From contig JAQBGU010000241.1 in assembly GCA_032128375.1 (NCBI GenBank), forward strand, positions 1-62,691: a stretch of DNA of 62,691 nt, given 5' to 3'. Below are positions 19,051 to 28,775 of the stretch, piece by piece. The stretch is from Deltaproteobacteria bacterium. Its GTDB lineage: Bacteria > Myxococcota_A > UBA9160 > SMWR01. The notes below the pieces were generated by a model that was not told the origin of the DNA, did no database searches, and saw only the letters and a list, made by a program, of their open reading frames with translations. Each line of letters opens with the position of its first letter. Positions within the stretch are counted from its first letter, which is position 1. The position numbers and the translations under genes were made by a program.

Positions 19051-19683
19051 TGTAGTACCCAGATAGAAATGTCCGGTTTTCTCCAAAGTAGCAATGTCCG
19101 CTTTCTCCATCGAGCCGCGGTACCCCCGCGGACATGGAGACAGTGACGATGAGCTACGAGGAGCTGGATCGCGTGAGAGTCGTTGAGCGCGTGATCGAGA
19201 ATCGACTGATGCAGCGCGAAGCAGCGAGGATGTTGGGCCTGACGAGCCGGCAGGTCCGTCGACTCCGCCGAGCCTTGAGCGCGACGGCCGCCCTGTCGGC
19301 TTGGCGTCGAAAAATAGCGGGCGACCCAGCAATCGGCGTCTTGGTCCGGAGCTGAGGCGTGAGGCACTCGCGATCGTCGGCTCGCAGTACGAAGACTTCG
19401 GCCCCACGCTCGCCCACCAGAAGTTGATGGAGTTGCACATCGCTGCGGGGTGTAGAACTGACTGCGGGAAAAGAAGCGACGTCGCGGCTGGTGGGTGCCT
19501 AATCAGCACACGATCGCCACCGTCCGAGGAGACGCAAGCTCGCTCGCGGTTCGGGAACCGGGCTCAGGCTCGACGCCAACGACGCTCCTACTCTGCAGCC
19601 GGTCCGGAGGCCGATGCGGGGGGATGCCCTTCAGGGGAGGCCCAAATTGCTCGCCAACCCGACATCTCTACTTTGGGTTGACA
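19051..19683 (+). mobile_element. Internally deleted IS1202/ISNCY-family element with frameshifted transposase N-terminus
   Basis: Left end TGTAGTACCCAGATAGAAATGTCC; right end GACATCTCTACTTTGGGTTGACA; METVTMSYEELDRVRVV...AARMLGLTSRQVRRL, then GRPSNRR...YEDFGPTLAHQKL in another frame; DDE core missing. Confidence 0.85.
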
Positions 19684-19783
19684 TGAATCGTGAGGCCCGC
19701 GTGGGAATCGGGCGCCCCAAGGGGAAGTGCGCGGCCCCGTCCAAGCCGAGCGTCCGCGCCGAAGGCTCCTATTCGAACCACAT

Positions 19784-21205
19784 CTACGGCTGATCGTGTG
19801 GCTGCTGCGAGTTCAGATAGCCCAGAGCTCGCAGCGCTTCTTCGGCATCAGCATTGAGCGGGGCCGCATTCTCCGCTGTGAATAGCGGTGAAGCGTCGCC
19901 AATGGTCTCGGACAGCCGCTTCGCCATCGACGCGGCACGCTCAGGCTCCAGATCGATCAAGTTGACCAGTTCGTCCGGATCCGAATCCAGGTCGTAGAGT
20001 TCGATGTTTCCATCCGAGGATTCGATCAGCTTGTGGGGCGGGAGGTAAATCGCCCGCAAGTCGCGGGCAGCGCTTTCGCCGAAAACTGCGATGGCGTTCT
20101 CGGTTCGCCACAACTCCGTGACGAGCGACGCCGCCGGGGCGAATAATGTGGCCGAATCGGCGATGGGCGGAACCTCGATCCCCGCCACTCCCAGCAGCGT
20201 TGCGAAAAGGCGTCGATTGGGCACCAGATCGCTGCTGCGCGATCCGCGCCGGTTCTGCGGGTCATAGAAAATCAGCGGCACGCGCGTGTTGTCCTCATAC
20301 AGATGCAAACCATGCGTGAACTGATAGTGCTCGCCGAAACTCTCGCCATGGTCGCTCGTGATCGCGACTACGGGCCTGCGCTCGGGCGGCAAAGCCTCGA
20401 TCGCTGCGAACAACCGGCCGAGGTGTTCGTCCATGTACCGGATTTCGGCCAGATAGGCGGCCAGCAGAGCGTCGATTCCTGTGCGCTCGGATGGCGCGAA
20501 ATCGGCAATCGGCCGCGCCGGCGATCCGAGATGGGAGATCACGCGCTGCTCGGCCCTCGGATCGCGGTCTGGCAGATCGCGGCCGTGTGGTTCAGGTGGT
20601 TCGTAGGGTCTGTGGGGGTCGAAGAAATTCAAGAACAAGAAATAGGCCGACGTGTCAAACTTCCGGATGAATTCGATCGCGCGGTCTGCAATGAAATCTC
20701 CACGCGTCCCATGGCGTTTCTCCCCGGGTCTCGAGTAGCCGAATTCATACTGGTCGAATCCCTGCGCGATTCCGAGGCCGGGGTCCAACGCCGGGCCGCC
20801 CACGACCGCGGCGGTCTGGTAGCCGGCCTGCGAAAACAGTTCTGCGAGTGTCGTGAAGTCATCGACGAGCGGTGTGTAGCGCCACTTTCGCGGGGTCGAA
20901 TCGGCCAACGGGCTGCCCGCGCCATGCTGCGTTGGAATCAGTCCGGTGAACAGGGAGGCGTGTGACGGCAATGTCCAGGACGAAGCCGAGTATGCGCGAT
21001 CGTACACGACGGCCTGGGTGGCGAACCGATCGAGGTTGGGTGATGGCGACGGCGACCGACCGTAGAGGCCGAGCTGGTCTGCACGGATGGTGTCGAGCGT
21101 GATCAAGATGATGCTCGGCGGAGACTCGTTCGAGCACGAGACGACCGAGCCGACTGTCAGCACGCAAATGACAGCCGCGACGATGAGGATCCGTCCAGGA
21201 CACAA
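19784..21205 (-). CDS. Sulfatase-family (alkaline phosphatase superfamily) exported protein
   Basis: LITLDTIRAD, SSWTLPSHASLFTG, FFDPHRPY, TSDHGE, ELYDLDSDPDE and LRALGY motifs. Confidence 0.9.
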   Translation of the reverse strand: MCPGRILIVAAVICVLTVGSVVSCSNESPPSIILITLDTIRADQLGLYGRSPSPSPNLDRFATQAVVYDRAYSASSWTLPSHASLFTGLIPTQHGAGSPLADSTPRKWRYTPLVDDFTTLAELFSQAGYQTAAVVGGPALDPGLGIAQGFDQYEFGYSRPGEKRHGTRGDFIADRAIEFIRKFDTSAYFLFLNFFDPHRPYEPPEPHGRDLPDRDPRAEQRVISHLGSPARPIADFAPSERTGIDALLAAYLAEIRYMDEHLGRLFAAIEALPPERRPVVAITSDHGESFGEHYQFTHGLHLYEDNTRVPLIFYDPQNRRGSRSSDLVPNRRLFATLLGVAGIEVPPIADSATLFAPAASLVTELWRTENAIAVFGESAARDLRAIYLPPHKLIESSDGNIELYDLDSDPDELVNLIDLEPERAASMAKRLSETIGDASPLFTAENAAPLNADAEEALRALGYLNSQQPHDQP

Positions 21206-21217
21206 GTCAATCAGGCT

Positions 21218-21266
21218 GACATCTCTATCTGGGAGAAAACCGGATAATCTGTAGCTTGCGCCAACA
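21218..21266 (-). mobile_element. IS1202/ISNCY-type end facing leftwards
   Basis: Reverse complement TGTTGGCGCAAGCTACAGATTATCCGGTTTTCTCCCAGATAGAGATGTC parallels the two-site end at 19051-19098. Confidence 0.7.
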
Positions 21267-21318
21267 TCATCAGCGCATCTGACCGAAACTGACGCCGGCT
21301 TGCCGAGGAAGTTGGCAG

Positions 21319-22047
21319 CTACTGCGCGGTTCGCAGTTCCCGCAGGCTGGAGCTGAGCTGGCCCGGCAGCTGCAATGTGGGCGCTTCGAGTTGCAGACGC
21401 TCGGCGAGGACCTTGGCGCGAGCGGTTTCTCCGGCCTGGGCGTAGCAGCGCGCGGCATCGGCCATCGCGAAGTAGCGCAGTGGATTGATCTCGATCGCGC
21501 TGGCGGCTTCGTGAGCTTGCCCGGCCTCAACCCACCGGTCCGCGTCCTCGTAGGCTTGCCCGATTCGTTGGTGGACGACGGCTTCGAGTTTCGGATTGCC
21601 GGACAATCCCGCAAGCGTTTGGCGCCAGATCTCGATCGAGTTATCGAGTTCGCCGCCCGCTTCGGCCAGATTGCCTTGCTCGAGTCGCGCGAGCACGCCG
21701 GCAACCGTTCCCGGGTGCTTGTCAGCGATCTCGCCAAATTTCGTCAAGTACTCCGCCCGTATCGCAGCGGCAGCCGTCGGGTTCGCGAGTTCCGGAGCTT
21801 CAATGGCACCCGGGCTCGCACCCATCGCCTTCAGGTAGGCGTTTTGGACATTGTCGAGAGCATCCGAGCCCGCTTCGGCTCCTGCGGTCCGGCTGGATAG
21901 GTACATCCCCACACCAGCTGCGCTTGCGAGCAGCGCGAGGAGTAGGATCGCGACCACGACGAGATTCTCGCTGACCCATGCCGCACCCCGTTCTACGATC
22001 CCCTCGATTTCAGCAATCGTATTTGTTGCGTCTGATTTCGCTGCCAC
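21319..22047 (-). CDS. YfgM-like membrane-anchored TPR protein
   Basis: WVSEN plus TM segment, TPR helices; next to der. Confidence 0.75.
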   Translation of the reverse strand: MAAKSDATNTIAEIEGIVERGAAWVSENLVVVAILLLALLASAAGVGMYLSSRTAGAEAGSDALDNVQNAYLKAMGASPGAIEAPELANPTAAAAIRAEYLTKFGEIADKHPGTVAGVLARLEQGNLAEAGGELDNSIEIWRQTLAGLSGNPKLEAVVHQRIGQAYEDADRWVEAGQAHEAASAIEINPLRYFAMADAARCYAQAGETARAKVLAERLQLEAPTLQLPGQLSSSLRELRTAQ

Positions 22048-22150
22048 TTCGCCCCTCTTTCAGAACTTTTTGAATATTTCCTCGAGCATCTTGTCGATGC
22101 GTCAGCAGATCTCTCGCGCTTCAGTATGCGTATTGTCGGGGTCCGGCTTT

Positions 22151-22220
22151 CGGCATTCTCCAGCACTTTCCCGCACTCTCCCGCACTCTCCAGCACTTTC
22201 CCGCACTCTCCCGCACTCTC
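22151..22220. repeat. Intergenic 10-bp tandem repeat with a 30-bp higher-order unit
   Basis: (C[AC]GCACT[TC]TC) x7; 22161-22190 equals 22191-22220. Confidence 0.9.
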
Positions 22221-22343
22221 CCGAACACTTTCAACATTCCGGCTTTCTGCCATTTCGGCAACCTGGCGAGCGCCGAGTGTACCGGACATGACGGCCCAGT
22301 GACCCCGATTCGAGCGACTGCCATTGAGCGAGGGTCAGCTGGC

Positions 22344-23825
22344 TCAATCGCCGGATCGCCGGTTTTTCTGTTGGCCTTTTGTCGGCCGGGGCTTGGAATG
22401 GCCCTTCGATCGAGACTTGGATCGGGGCTTGGCACGCCCTTCTTTCCCATCCCGACCGGCATCGCGCGCGCCGTCGTCGTTCTTCGCGCGCGGCCGCAAG
22501 TGAATCCGAATCGGCGTCCCCTCGAAATCGAAAGTTTCGCGCAGCCGATTTTCCAAGAAGCGTTTGTATGCAGTCGTGACCGATTCGGGCTCGGTGCAAA
22601 ACAGTACGAACGTCGGTGGCGAGACGGCGGCCTGTGTCGCGTAGAAGAACTTCAGCAGTCGCTTGCGGGGCCCCTGCTGGGCCATCGCGGGCTGATGGCG
22701 ATCAACCGAATCGCGCAACCAGCGGTTGAGTTCGGCAGTCGGAATGCGTCGATGAGTCGCTGCAGCGAGTCCGTGCACGCGCGGCAATACCTTCACCAAA
22801 CCCGCGCCGGTCTTGGCCGATACGCGGAAGATCGGAGCATCGGACATGAATCGCATTCCGCGTGTCAGGGCTTCGAGTACTTGTTTCGAGTGCTCGGACC
22901 CTTGGCGGTCGACGAGATCCCATTTATTGGCCAAGATGGCTGTCCCGCAACCACGTTCACGGGCCGCGTTCGCCACTGCGGCGTCCTGAGCCGAAAAGCC
23001 CTCATATGCATCGATGACGATCAACGCAACGTCGGCGCGCTCGAGTGCGCGAACTGTCATTAGCGCGCTCCCGCGCTCGACGGTGCGCGTTCGCCGGCCC
23101 GGCCGGCGCAGCCCCGCGGTATCGATCAACGTGTATCGCTCGCCCTCGTGCTCGATCGCGGTGTCGACGCTGTCGCGTGTCGTGCCTGGAATATCGGACA
23201 CCACGACCCGGTCCGAACCCACCAGACGATTGACCAGTGAGCTCTTGCCGACATTCGGGCGGCCCACAATCGCGATCCGTATGCCCTCCCCTTCGGGCTG
23301 TTCCCGTTCGGCTGACTCCGGGATCTGTTCCACCAGGTGCTCGAGTGCGTCCCACGCGCCGGTGGCGTGTTCGGCCGAAACGGCGCGGATCGAATCGAAG
23401 CCCAGTGAATAGAATTCGGCCAAGCGAACCAGCTGATGGGGATGATCAATCTTGTTTACGGCGAGCATCACCGGCTTTGACGTCTGCCGCAGCGTGCGAG
23501 CCAGCGACTCATCTTCAGGCAGCAGTCCCGATTTGCCGTCGACCAGGAACATCACCGCGTCGGCCTCTGTGATGGCCGCCCAAGCCTGGTCCTGGACAGC
23601 GCTGTACAACCCCGGGTCGGCCTCACCGTCGAGGCCTGCGGTATCGACGATCAGCACCTGACGATTGTCGACCTCGACTTCGGCCGCGATTCGGTCCCGG
23701 GTAATGCCCGGCTCGTCTTCGACCAGAACTTGCCGCCGGCCGGCGAAGCGATTGAATAAGGTCGACTTTCCGACATTCGGACGACCGACGATCGCGACGA
23801 TCGGCAAATTTTTGGGTGAATACAC
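22344..23825 (-). CDS. der: Ribosome biogenesis GTPase Der (EngA)
   Basis: Two GRPNVGKS/DTAG/NKxD domains and a KH-like C-terminus. Confidence 0.96.
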   Translation of the reverse strand: MYSPKNLPIVAIVGRPNVGKSTLFNRFAGRRQVLVEDEPGITRDRIAAEVEVDNRQVLIVDTAGLDGEADPGLYSAVQDQAWAAITEADAVMFLVDGKSGLLPEDESLARTLRQTSKPVMLAVNKIDHPHQLVRLAEFYSLGFDSIRAVSAEHATGAWDALEHLVEQIPESAEREQPEGEGIRIAIVGRPNVGKSSLVNRLVGSDRVVVSDIPGTTRDSVDTAIEHEGERYTLIDTAGLRRPGRRTRTVERGSALMTVRALERADVALIVIDAYEGFSAQDAAVANAARERGCGTAILANKWDLVDRQGSEHSKQVLEALTRGMRFMSDAPIFRVSAKTGAGLVKVLPRVHGLAAATHRRIPTAELNRWLRDSVDRHQPAMAQQGPRKRLLKFFYATQAAVSPPTFVLFCTEPESVTTAYKRFLENRLRETFDFEGTPIRIHLRPRAKNDDGARDAGRDGKEGRAKPRSKSRSKGHSKPRPTKGQQKNRRSGD

Positions 23826-23979
23826 GGGACTTCCGATGCCGCTGGCAGTGCTCGACACGAGCGAAACTGGAAGGATATCAGCGCGACCCGCGGCAGCAAT
23901 CGCCGGAAACGCCTGTGATTTGCTTGACAATTGCCGCCCGCGCCCTTTAGGCTCGGAGCGCGTCCGGGCGGATTCTAGC

Positions 23980-24007
23980 CTTGTGGACTTGTGGACTTGT
24001 GGACTTG
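23980..24007. repeat. 8-bp tandem repeat (CTTGTGGA) x3.5
   Basis: Read directly, in the divergent intergenic region upstream of der. Confidence 0.85.
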
Positions 24008-24112
24008 GGAAGGACGCGACCACTGGCGGCGAGCAATCCGATCAATTTCTCAATCAGCCAACACACCAACAACTACACACCGGCACTATACGTGACATCT
24101 GGAGGAAGAGCT

Positions 24113-24571
24113 GTGACCCTGTTGAATCGTTTCCACATTCGCCGGTGGGTCGGCGTCGCCTCGGGATTGGGGCTTGCGGTTGCGGTTGCATCGCCGGCGG
24201 CCGCTTCCCCGGAGACGTTGAAGCGATCGTTCGGGAACATCTTGTTCGCGCCACTCGACATCGTGTTATCGCCCGCTGTGGCCGGCAAGATCATCTACAC
24301 CAACATGCGCGAGATTGAAGACTCCCAGTGGGTCCGAATCGTATACCCGATTCCCGGGTTCGTCTGGGTCACCGGCGTGACGATCGGTGGCGGGATCATC
24401 CGCGAGATCACCGGACTGATAGAACTGATTCCCGGCCTGGGCCTGGCGTTCCTGGAAGCCGACCTCGACCCGCTGTTCGCTCCGGGCGAGCGCGCCGATG
24501 CGCTCGTCGACGTGGAAACCGTGGTCGTAAACATCAAGTTCGGGATGAATTACACGTCGGCTCCTTACTGA
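24113..24571 (+). CDS. Exported/membrane hypothetical protein, weakly reminiscent of the TIGR04073 exosortase-system-associated family
   Basis: GGAGG RBS and GTG; signal peptide; KRSFGNIL...REITGLIE pattern. Confidence 0.6.
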   Translation: MTLLNRFHIRRWVGVASGLGLAVAVASPAAASPETLKRSFGNILFAPLDIVLSPAVAGKIIYTNMREIEDSQWVRIVYPIPGFVWVTGVTIGGGIIREITGLIELIPGLGLAFLEADLDPLFAPGERADALVDVETVVVNIKFGMNYTSAPY

Positions 24572-24625
24572 TCCAGCTCGTTTTTTCATCTTTCGATCGT
24601 CGCAGTCGCAGTCGCTGTCGCAGAG

Positions 24626-25615
24626 TCAATGCTCAGACGGTTCGTCGCTGGTCTTCCTGTCGTGTGGTGTATTCAGCAAGAAGGCCTGGATCAGCGCGAA
24701 AATCGATTCTGTGTCTTCCGGTTTGTGCCAGCTGACATCGGGAACCTTGCGTAGCCAGGTTCGTTGACGACGCGCGAATTGCCGTGTATCGCGCTGCATC
24801 TGTTCGAGTGCGTGCATCAGCGTGTCGTGGCCGTCGACGACCGCCGCCATGTGGCGGTACCCGATCGATTGCAGGGGTCGGAGATCGGCTGTATAGCCGC
24901 GTTCGCGCAGCGCGCGCGCCTCTCGCAGAAGCCCCCCCTCGATCATTTGTCGGCAGCGTTCGTCGATGCGCGCATTGAGCACTTCACGTCCGGGGTCGAT
25001 CGCGAGGTGGATCGCCCGAAACGGGCGGTCCTGAAATCCGTGTAGGCTGCGCCGCTTCGACGCCAATTCGCCTTGCTCGCCGAGTTCCAGCGCGCGAATC
25101 ACCCGGCGCGAATCGTTTGGGTGAATCTTCTCGGCCGCCGCGCGATCGGATATCTGCAATCGGCGGTGAAGGCGGTCCGAATCTCCGGCCGCCACGGCTC
25201 GGGCGTGCTCGGCTTCCAGTGCCTTGCGAAGATCCGGGTTGGCCGCGCCCGTGTCGAGAAGGCCTTCAAGGAATGCCCGAATGTAGAGCCCTGTACCCCC
25301 TGTCAACACAGTGATTTTCTGGCGAGCGAAAATATCGTGAGCAATTTCCCGGGCGTCGCGTTGATACAGACCCGCGTTGTATTCGACATCGGGGGCGACC
25401 ACATCGAGCATGTGATGCGGAACGCGTGCGCGCTGAGCGAGCGACGGCTTTGCCGTGCCGATGTTCAAGTCACGGTAGATCTGCATCGAGTCGGCGTTGA
25501 CGACTTCACCTGCAAAACGCTCTGCGATCTCGATCGCGAGTTCGGTCTTCCCGGAAGCGGTCGGGCCTGTGACGACAACCACCGGCGGCCGCGGCTGTTT
25601 GGAATCAGCGGACAT
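24626..25615 (-). CDS. miaA: tRNA dimethylallyltransferase
   Basis: GPTASGKT, NADSMQIY, GGTGLY, SIGY and FARRQRTW motifs; downstream of mutL. Confidence 0.96.
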   Translation of the reverse strand: MSADSKQPRPPVVVVTGPTASGKTELAIEIAERFAGEVVNADSMQIYRDLNIGTAKPSLAQRARVPHHMLDVVAPDVEYNAGLYQRDAREIAHDIFARQKITVLTGGTGLYIRAFLEGLLDTGAANPDLRKALEAEHARAVAAGDSDRLHRRLQISDRAAAEKIHPNDSRRVIRALELGEQGELASKRRSLHGFQDRPFRAIHLAIDPGREVLNARIDERCRQMIEGGLLREARALRERGYTADLRPLQSIGYRHMAAVVDGHDTLMHALEQMQRDTRQFARRQRTWLRKVPDVSWHKPEDTESIFALIQAFLLNTPHDRKTSDEPSEH

Positions 25616-25672
25616 CGGGCGAGCCTATCGGGCCTTTGATCGAACCGCTGGCGCGGTCTCATGAACGCGCAG

Positions 25673-27523
25673 TCAGCGCCGGCCGAAGCGGCGTTCGATT
25701 TCGGCGAGTTCGATTGGAACGGCTACGGGCCGGCCGTGCGGACAGCTGGGCGCCCAAGGAATCGCATCCAACGCATCGATCAGTGCTCGCTGCTCTCTCG
25801 GGTCGAGCACCTCGCCCTTGCGCCGGGCACTGTGACAGGCCAGCGACGCGAATACCTGGTCGGAAGCCTCCAGTGATCGGGATCCAACACGCAGTGCATC
25901 CGCTGCTGCACCCGCGGATGCGAGTTCTTCGGCGAGGTTGCGCACCAGTTGGGCAGGATCGCGATCGGCTAGCAACGCCGGCACAGCCCGCACTGCGATC
26001 GTCCCGTCCCCGAAATCATCCCAATCGAACCCGAGCCGATCGGTGGCATCGCCGCTCTCGATCAACGCGGCAAGCGGGCGCGGCTCCAGGCGAAGCGTTT
26101 CTGGCACCAGCAAGCCTTGGCTCTCCACACCACGCTCCAACCACTCCGCGCGCAAGCGCTCGTACAACACGCGTTCATGAGCAGCGTGTTGATCGATCAG
26201 GAGCAGCTGGCTGTTCGTCTCGCACACGAGGTAGGTGGCCATCAGCTGGCCCAGCAAAGTCAGGTCTGCAAAGCGGATTCGGCCTTCGCTCGCGGTCCAT
26301 TCCGGTTCGCCTCCCGCGTGGATGGTCAGTGGTTGTGGCGCGCCGCCCCAGCCCTGAGCGCGCGCCTCCGCGAATACCGCGCTCGATTGGCTGCCCTCGT
26401 GCTGTCCGGCCACTGGTGGGGCGCCATTCGCCACCGGCTCCGCCCAGCTGGGGTCGGTTTCCGAAACGGTGCCGGGCGGCGTTGGGCGGGCTGCCGGGCC
26501 GACATCGAGCCAGCGTCGCGCACTCACCGAATCGCGGACCGCGTGGCGAACCAGTGCGTGAATCTCTCGCGGTTCGGAGAATCGAACCTCCCACTTGGCT
26601 GGGTGGACATTGACATCGACGAGTTCAGCAGGGACGTTCAAAAACAGTACTGCCGCCGGGAAGCGTCCGCGCGGCAGCAGGTCGCGGAACACTTCGATGA
26701 GCGCGTGTTGCAGCACGCGATCGCGAACGGGTCGACGGTTGACGAACAAGTAAATCCCGGCGCCACTTGCGCGGTGCCGCTCTGGCCGAGACACGAAGCC
26801 CTCGATCGACGCCCTGCCCTCTGCGCGGGACACCGGCGTGAATGCCGCGGCATCTGCCTCGCTGACCACGGCGGCGATGCGCTCCAAGGGTTCCGTCACA
26901 GCAGGCCAGACCGTGGCGGGCCGATCGTCACGCTGGATGTCGAAATGAACGCCGGGAAGCGCGAGTGCTGCGCGCACCAACCAGTCCGAGATGTGGCCCC
27001 ACTCGGTCGTGACGGATTTCAAGAACTTGCGGCGCGCCGGGACGCTGAGGAACAGGTCCGCGACTTCCACACGGGTCCCCTCAGGGGCACCCAGTCCCCG
27101 CTCACGGGTGATTTTGCCCGCTTCGACCTGCAGCTCCCACGCCTCGGCGGCCCCCCGCGTCCTGCTGCGAATTCGCGTTCGGGACACGGACGCGATCGCC
27201 GGCAGCGCCTCGCCGCGGAAGCCGAAGGTGCTGATCCGGCTCAGATCGTCAACCGATGCGATCTTGCTGGTTGCGTGGCGCTCCAGTGCGAGCCGGGTGT
27301 CCTGCGGGCTCATGCCGATGCCATCGTCCGTGACGCTGATGAAATCCTGGCCACCCCTGCGGATTTCCACGCGAATTCGGGACGAATCGGCGTCCAGAGC
27401 GTTTTCCACCAGCTCCTTGACGACAGACGCGGGGCGCTCGACCACCTCACCGGCAGCGATCTGGTCGATCAGGGCCCCCGTCAGGAGCCTCACCGGATTT
27501 CGTTCTCGATCGCTCAACATCAT
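25673..27523 (-). CDS. mutL: DNA mismatch repair endonuclease MutL
   Basis: QIAAGEVVERPASVVKELVEN, GFRGEAL, DQHAAHER and CPHGRP motifs. Confidence 0.97.
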   Translation of the reverse strand: MMLSDRERNPVRLLTGALIDQIAAGEVVERPASVVKELVENALDADSSRIRVEIRRGGQDFISVTDDGIGMSPQDTRLALERHATSKIASVDDLSRISTFGFRGEALPAIASVSRTRIRSRTRGAAEAWELQVEAGKITRERGLGAPEGTRVEVADLFLSVPARRKFLKSVTTEWGHISDWLVRAALALPGVHFDIQRDDRPATVWPAVTEPLERIAAVVSEADAAAFTPVSRAEGRASIEGFVSRPERHRASGAGIYLFVNRRPVRDRVLQHALIEVFRDLLPRGRFPAAVLFLNVPAELVDVNVHPAKWEVRFSEPREIHALVRHAVRDSVSARRWLDVGPAARPTPPGTVSETDPSWAEPVANGAPPVAGQHEGSQSSAVFAEARAQGWGGAPQPLTIHAGGEPEWTASEGRIRFADLTLLGQLMATYLVCETNSQLLLIDQHAAHERVLYERLRAEWLERGVESQGLLVPETLRLEPRPLAALIESGDATDRLGFDWDDFGDGTIAVRAVPALLADRDPAQLVRNLAEELASAGAAADALRVGSRSLEASDQVFASLACHSARRKGEVLDPREQRALIDALDAIPWAPSCPHGRPVAVPIELAEIERRFGRR

Positions 27524-27733
27524 CCCCGCTGTCTTCTGTATCATGAACGGAATAGCCCGCGTCAACAGCCGGAACGAATTCGGGGCAGTTGTCACCCGCA
27601 ATTTGGTTGACAAGTGTCCCATACTCCTAATAGTTTTGTATTGGTTATGGGAAGGACGGCATGCTGTCGGCGGCGTCGCGGGTAGATGGGGCGATTCCGA
27701 TAGGGACGGAATGGGATGCGGGGGGTGAAAGGA

Positions 27734-28681
27734 ATGAGCGAGATCGAAATCATTGAGCGGCCAATTGGCCGCCGACGCAGCGATCGAATCGTAGGCGCAA
27801 GCCGAGCGCATCAGCATGTGGTGGAAAAGGCCGCAGCTGCTGCCAGGGTCGAGCTTCCGGTTGTGATCATCGGGCCCGCGGGCAGCGGCAAAGAACATGT
27901 GTCGCGTGCGATTCATGCCTGGAGCAAGCGCGCCGCCGAAGCGTTCGTCATCGTGTCGTGCGGCGCGATCAGCGAGTCTTTGATCGCGCGCGAGATCTTC
28001 GGATGTACCGAGGGTGTGTACCCACAACTCGTGCACGAGTACACCGGTGCACTGACGCGCGCGGCTGGGGGAACCGTACTGATCGACGAATTCGATCAGC
28101 TTCCCGAGGTGCCGCGAAAGACGTTGATTGCGGCTCTGTCCGACGGCACCTACCAGCGAGAGGGGGATGCCACACTGATACCGATGCGCGCGCGGGTCAT
28201 TGCGTCGGCACCGACTACCTTTTCGCAGCCGCCACTGGGCGAACTACAATTCCACACGATCGAGCTGCTGTCCTTGCGCGAACGCAACGAAGATATTCTT
28301 CCGCTTGCCGCACACCTGTTGCGATTGGCGGCCGACGATGTGGGCGTGAAGCCGGTCGGCTTCACCGCTGATGCGCGCGACGCACTGCTTGCCGAGCCGT
28401 GGCCCGGTAATGTGCGCGAACTCGCCGAGCGTATCCGCCAGGCCGTCTTGCTGGTCGGTGATGGCGCGATCAGCGCTGAGGCACTGCTGCTGGCTGGCGA
28501 ACCCGATGAGGTTCCGTCATTCAAGGAAGCCAAACGCGCATTTGAAACCCGTTACGTAATCGGCTTGCTGCGACGCTGCGGCGGTAATATCAGTCGCGCA
28601 GCCCGGCTCGCGAAGAAGGACCGCAAGGACTTTTATGACGTGATTCGGCGCACGGGAGTCAACCCGACAGAATTCCGCTGA
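27734..28681 (+). CDS. Fis-HTH regulator with a degenerate sigma54-interaction AAA+ domain
   Basis: GPAGSGKE, LIDE, LRERNEDI, WPGNVREL and GNISRAARL; GAFTGA replaced by GVYPQL. Confidence 0.85.
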   Translation: MSEIEIIERPIGRRRSDRIVGASRAHQHVVEKAAAAARVELPVVIIGPAGSGKEHVSRAIHAWSKRAAEAFVIVSCGAISESLIAREIFGCTEGVYPQLVHEYTGALTRAAGGTVLIDEFDQLPEVPRKTLIAALSDGTYQREGDATLIPMRARVIASAPTTFSQPPLGELQFHTIELLSLRERNEDILPLAAHLLRLAADDVGVKPVGFTADARDALLAEPWPGNVRELAERIRQAVLLVGDGAISAEALLLAGEPDEVPSFKEAKRAFETRYVIGLLRRCGGNISRAARLAKKDRKDFYDVIRRTGVNPTEFR

Positions 28682-28702
28682 ATTGGGCGCCTGTTCCCGC
28701 CC

Positions 28703-28741
28703 GATTTTCTCGATTGATTTTCTCGATTGATTTTCTCGATT
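28703..28741. repeat. 13-bp perfect tandem repeat (GATTTTCTCGATT) x3
   Basis: Read directly, between convergent genes. Confidence 0.9.
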
Positions 28742-28775
28742 GTTGGATCGCCCGAATCAGCGCTTTTTGCAGCCC

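Noticed and set aside
22151..22220. Tandem arrays here and at 28703 and 38771 as CRISPR arrays
   Set aside because: No unique spacers, units too short, and no cas genes in the window.
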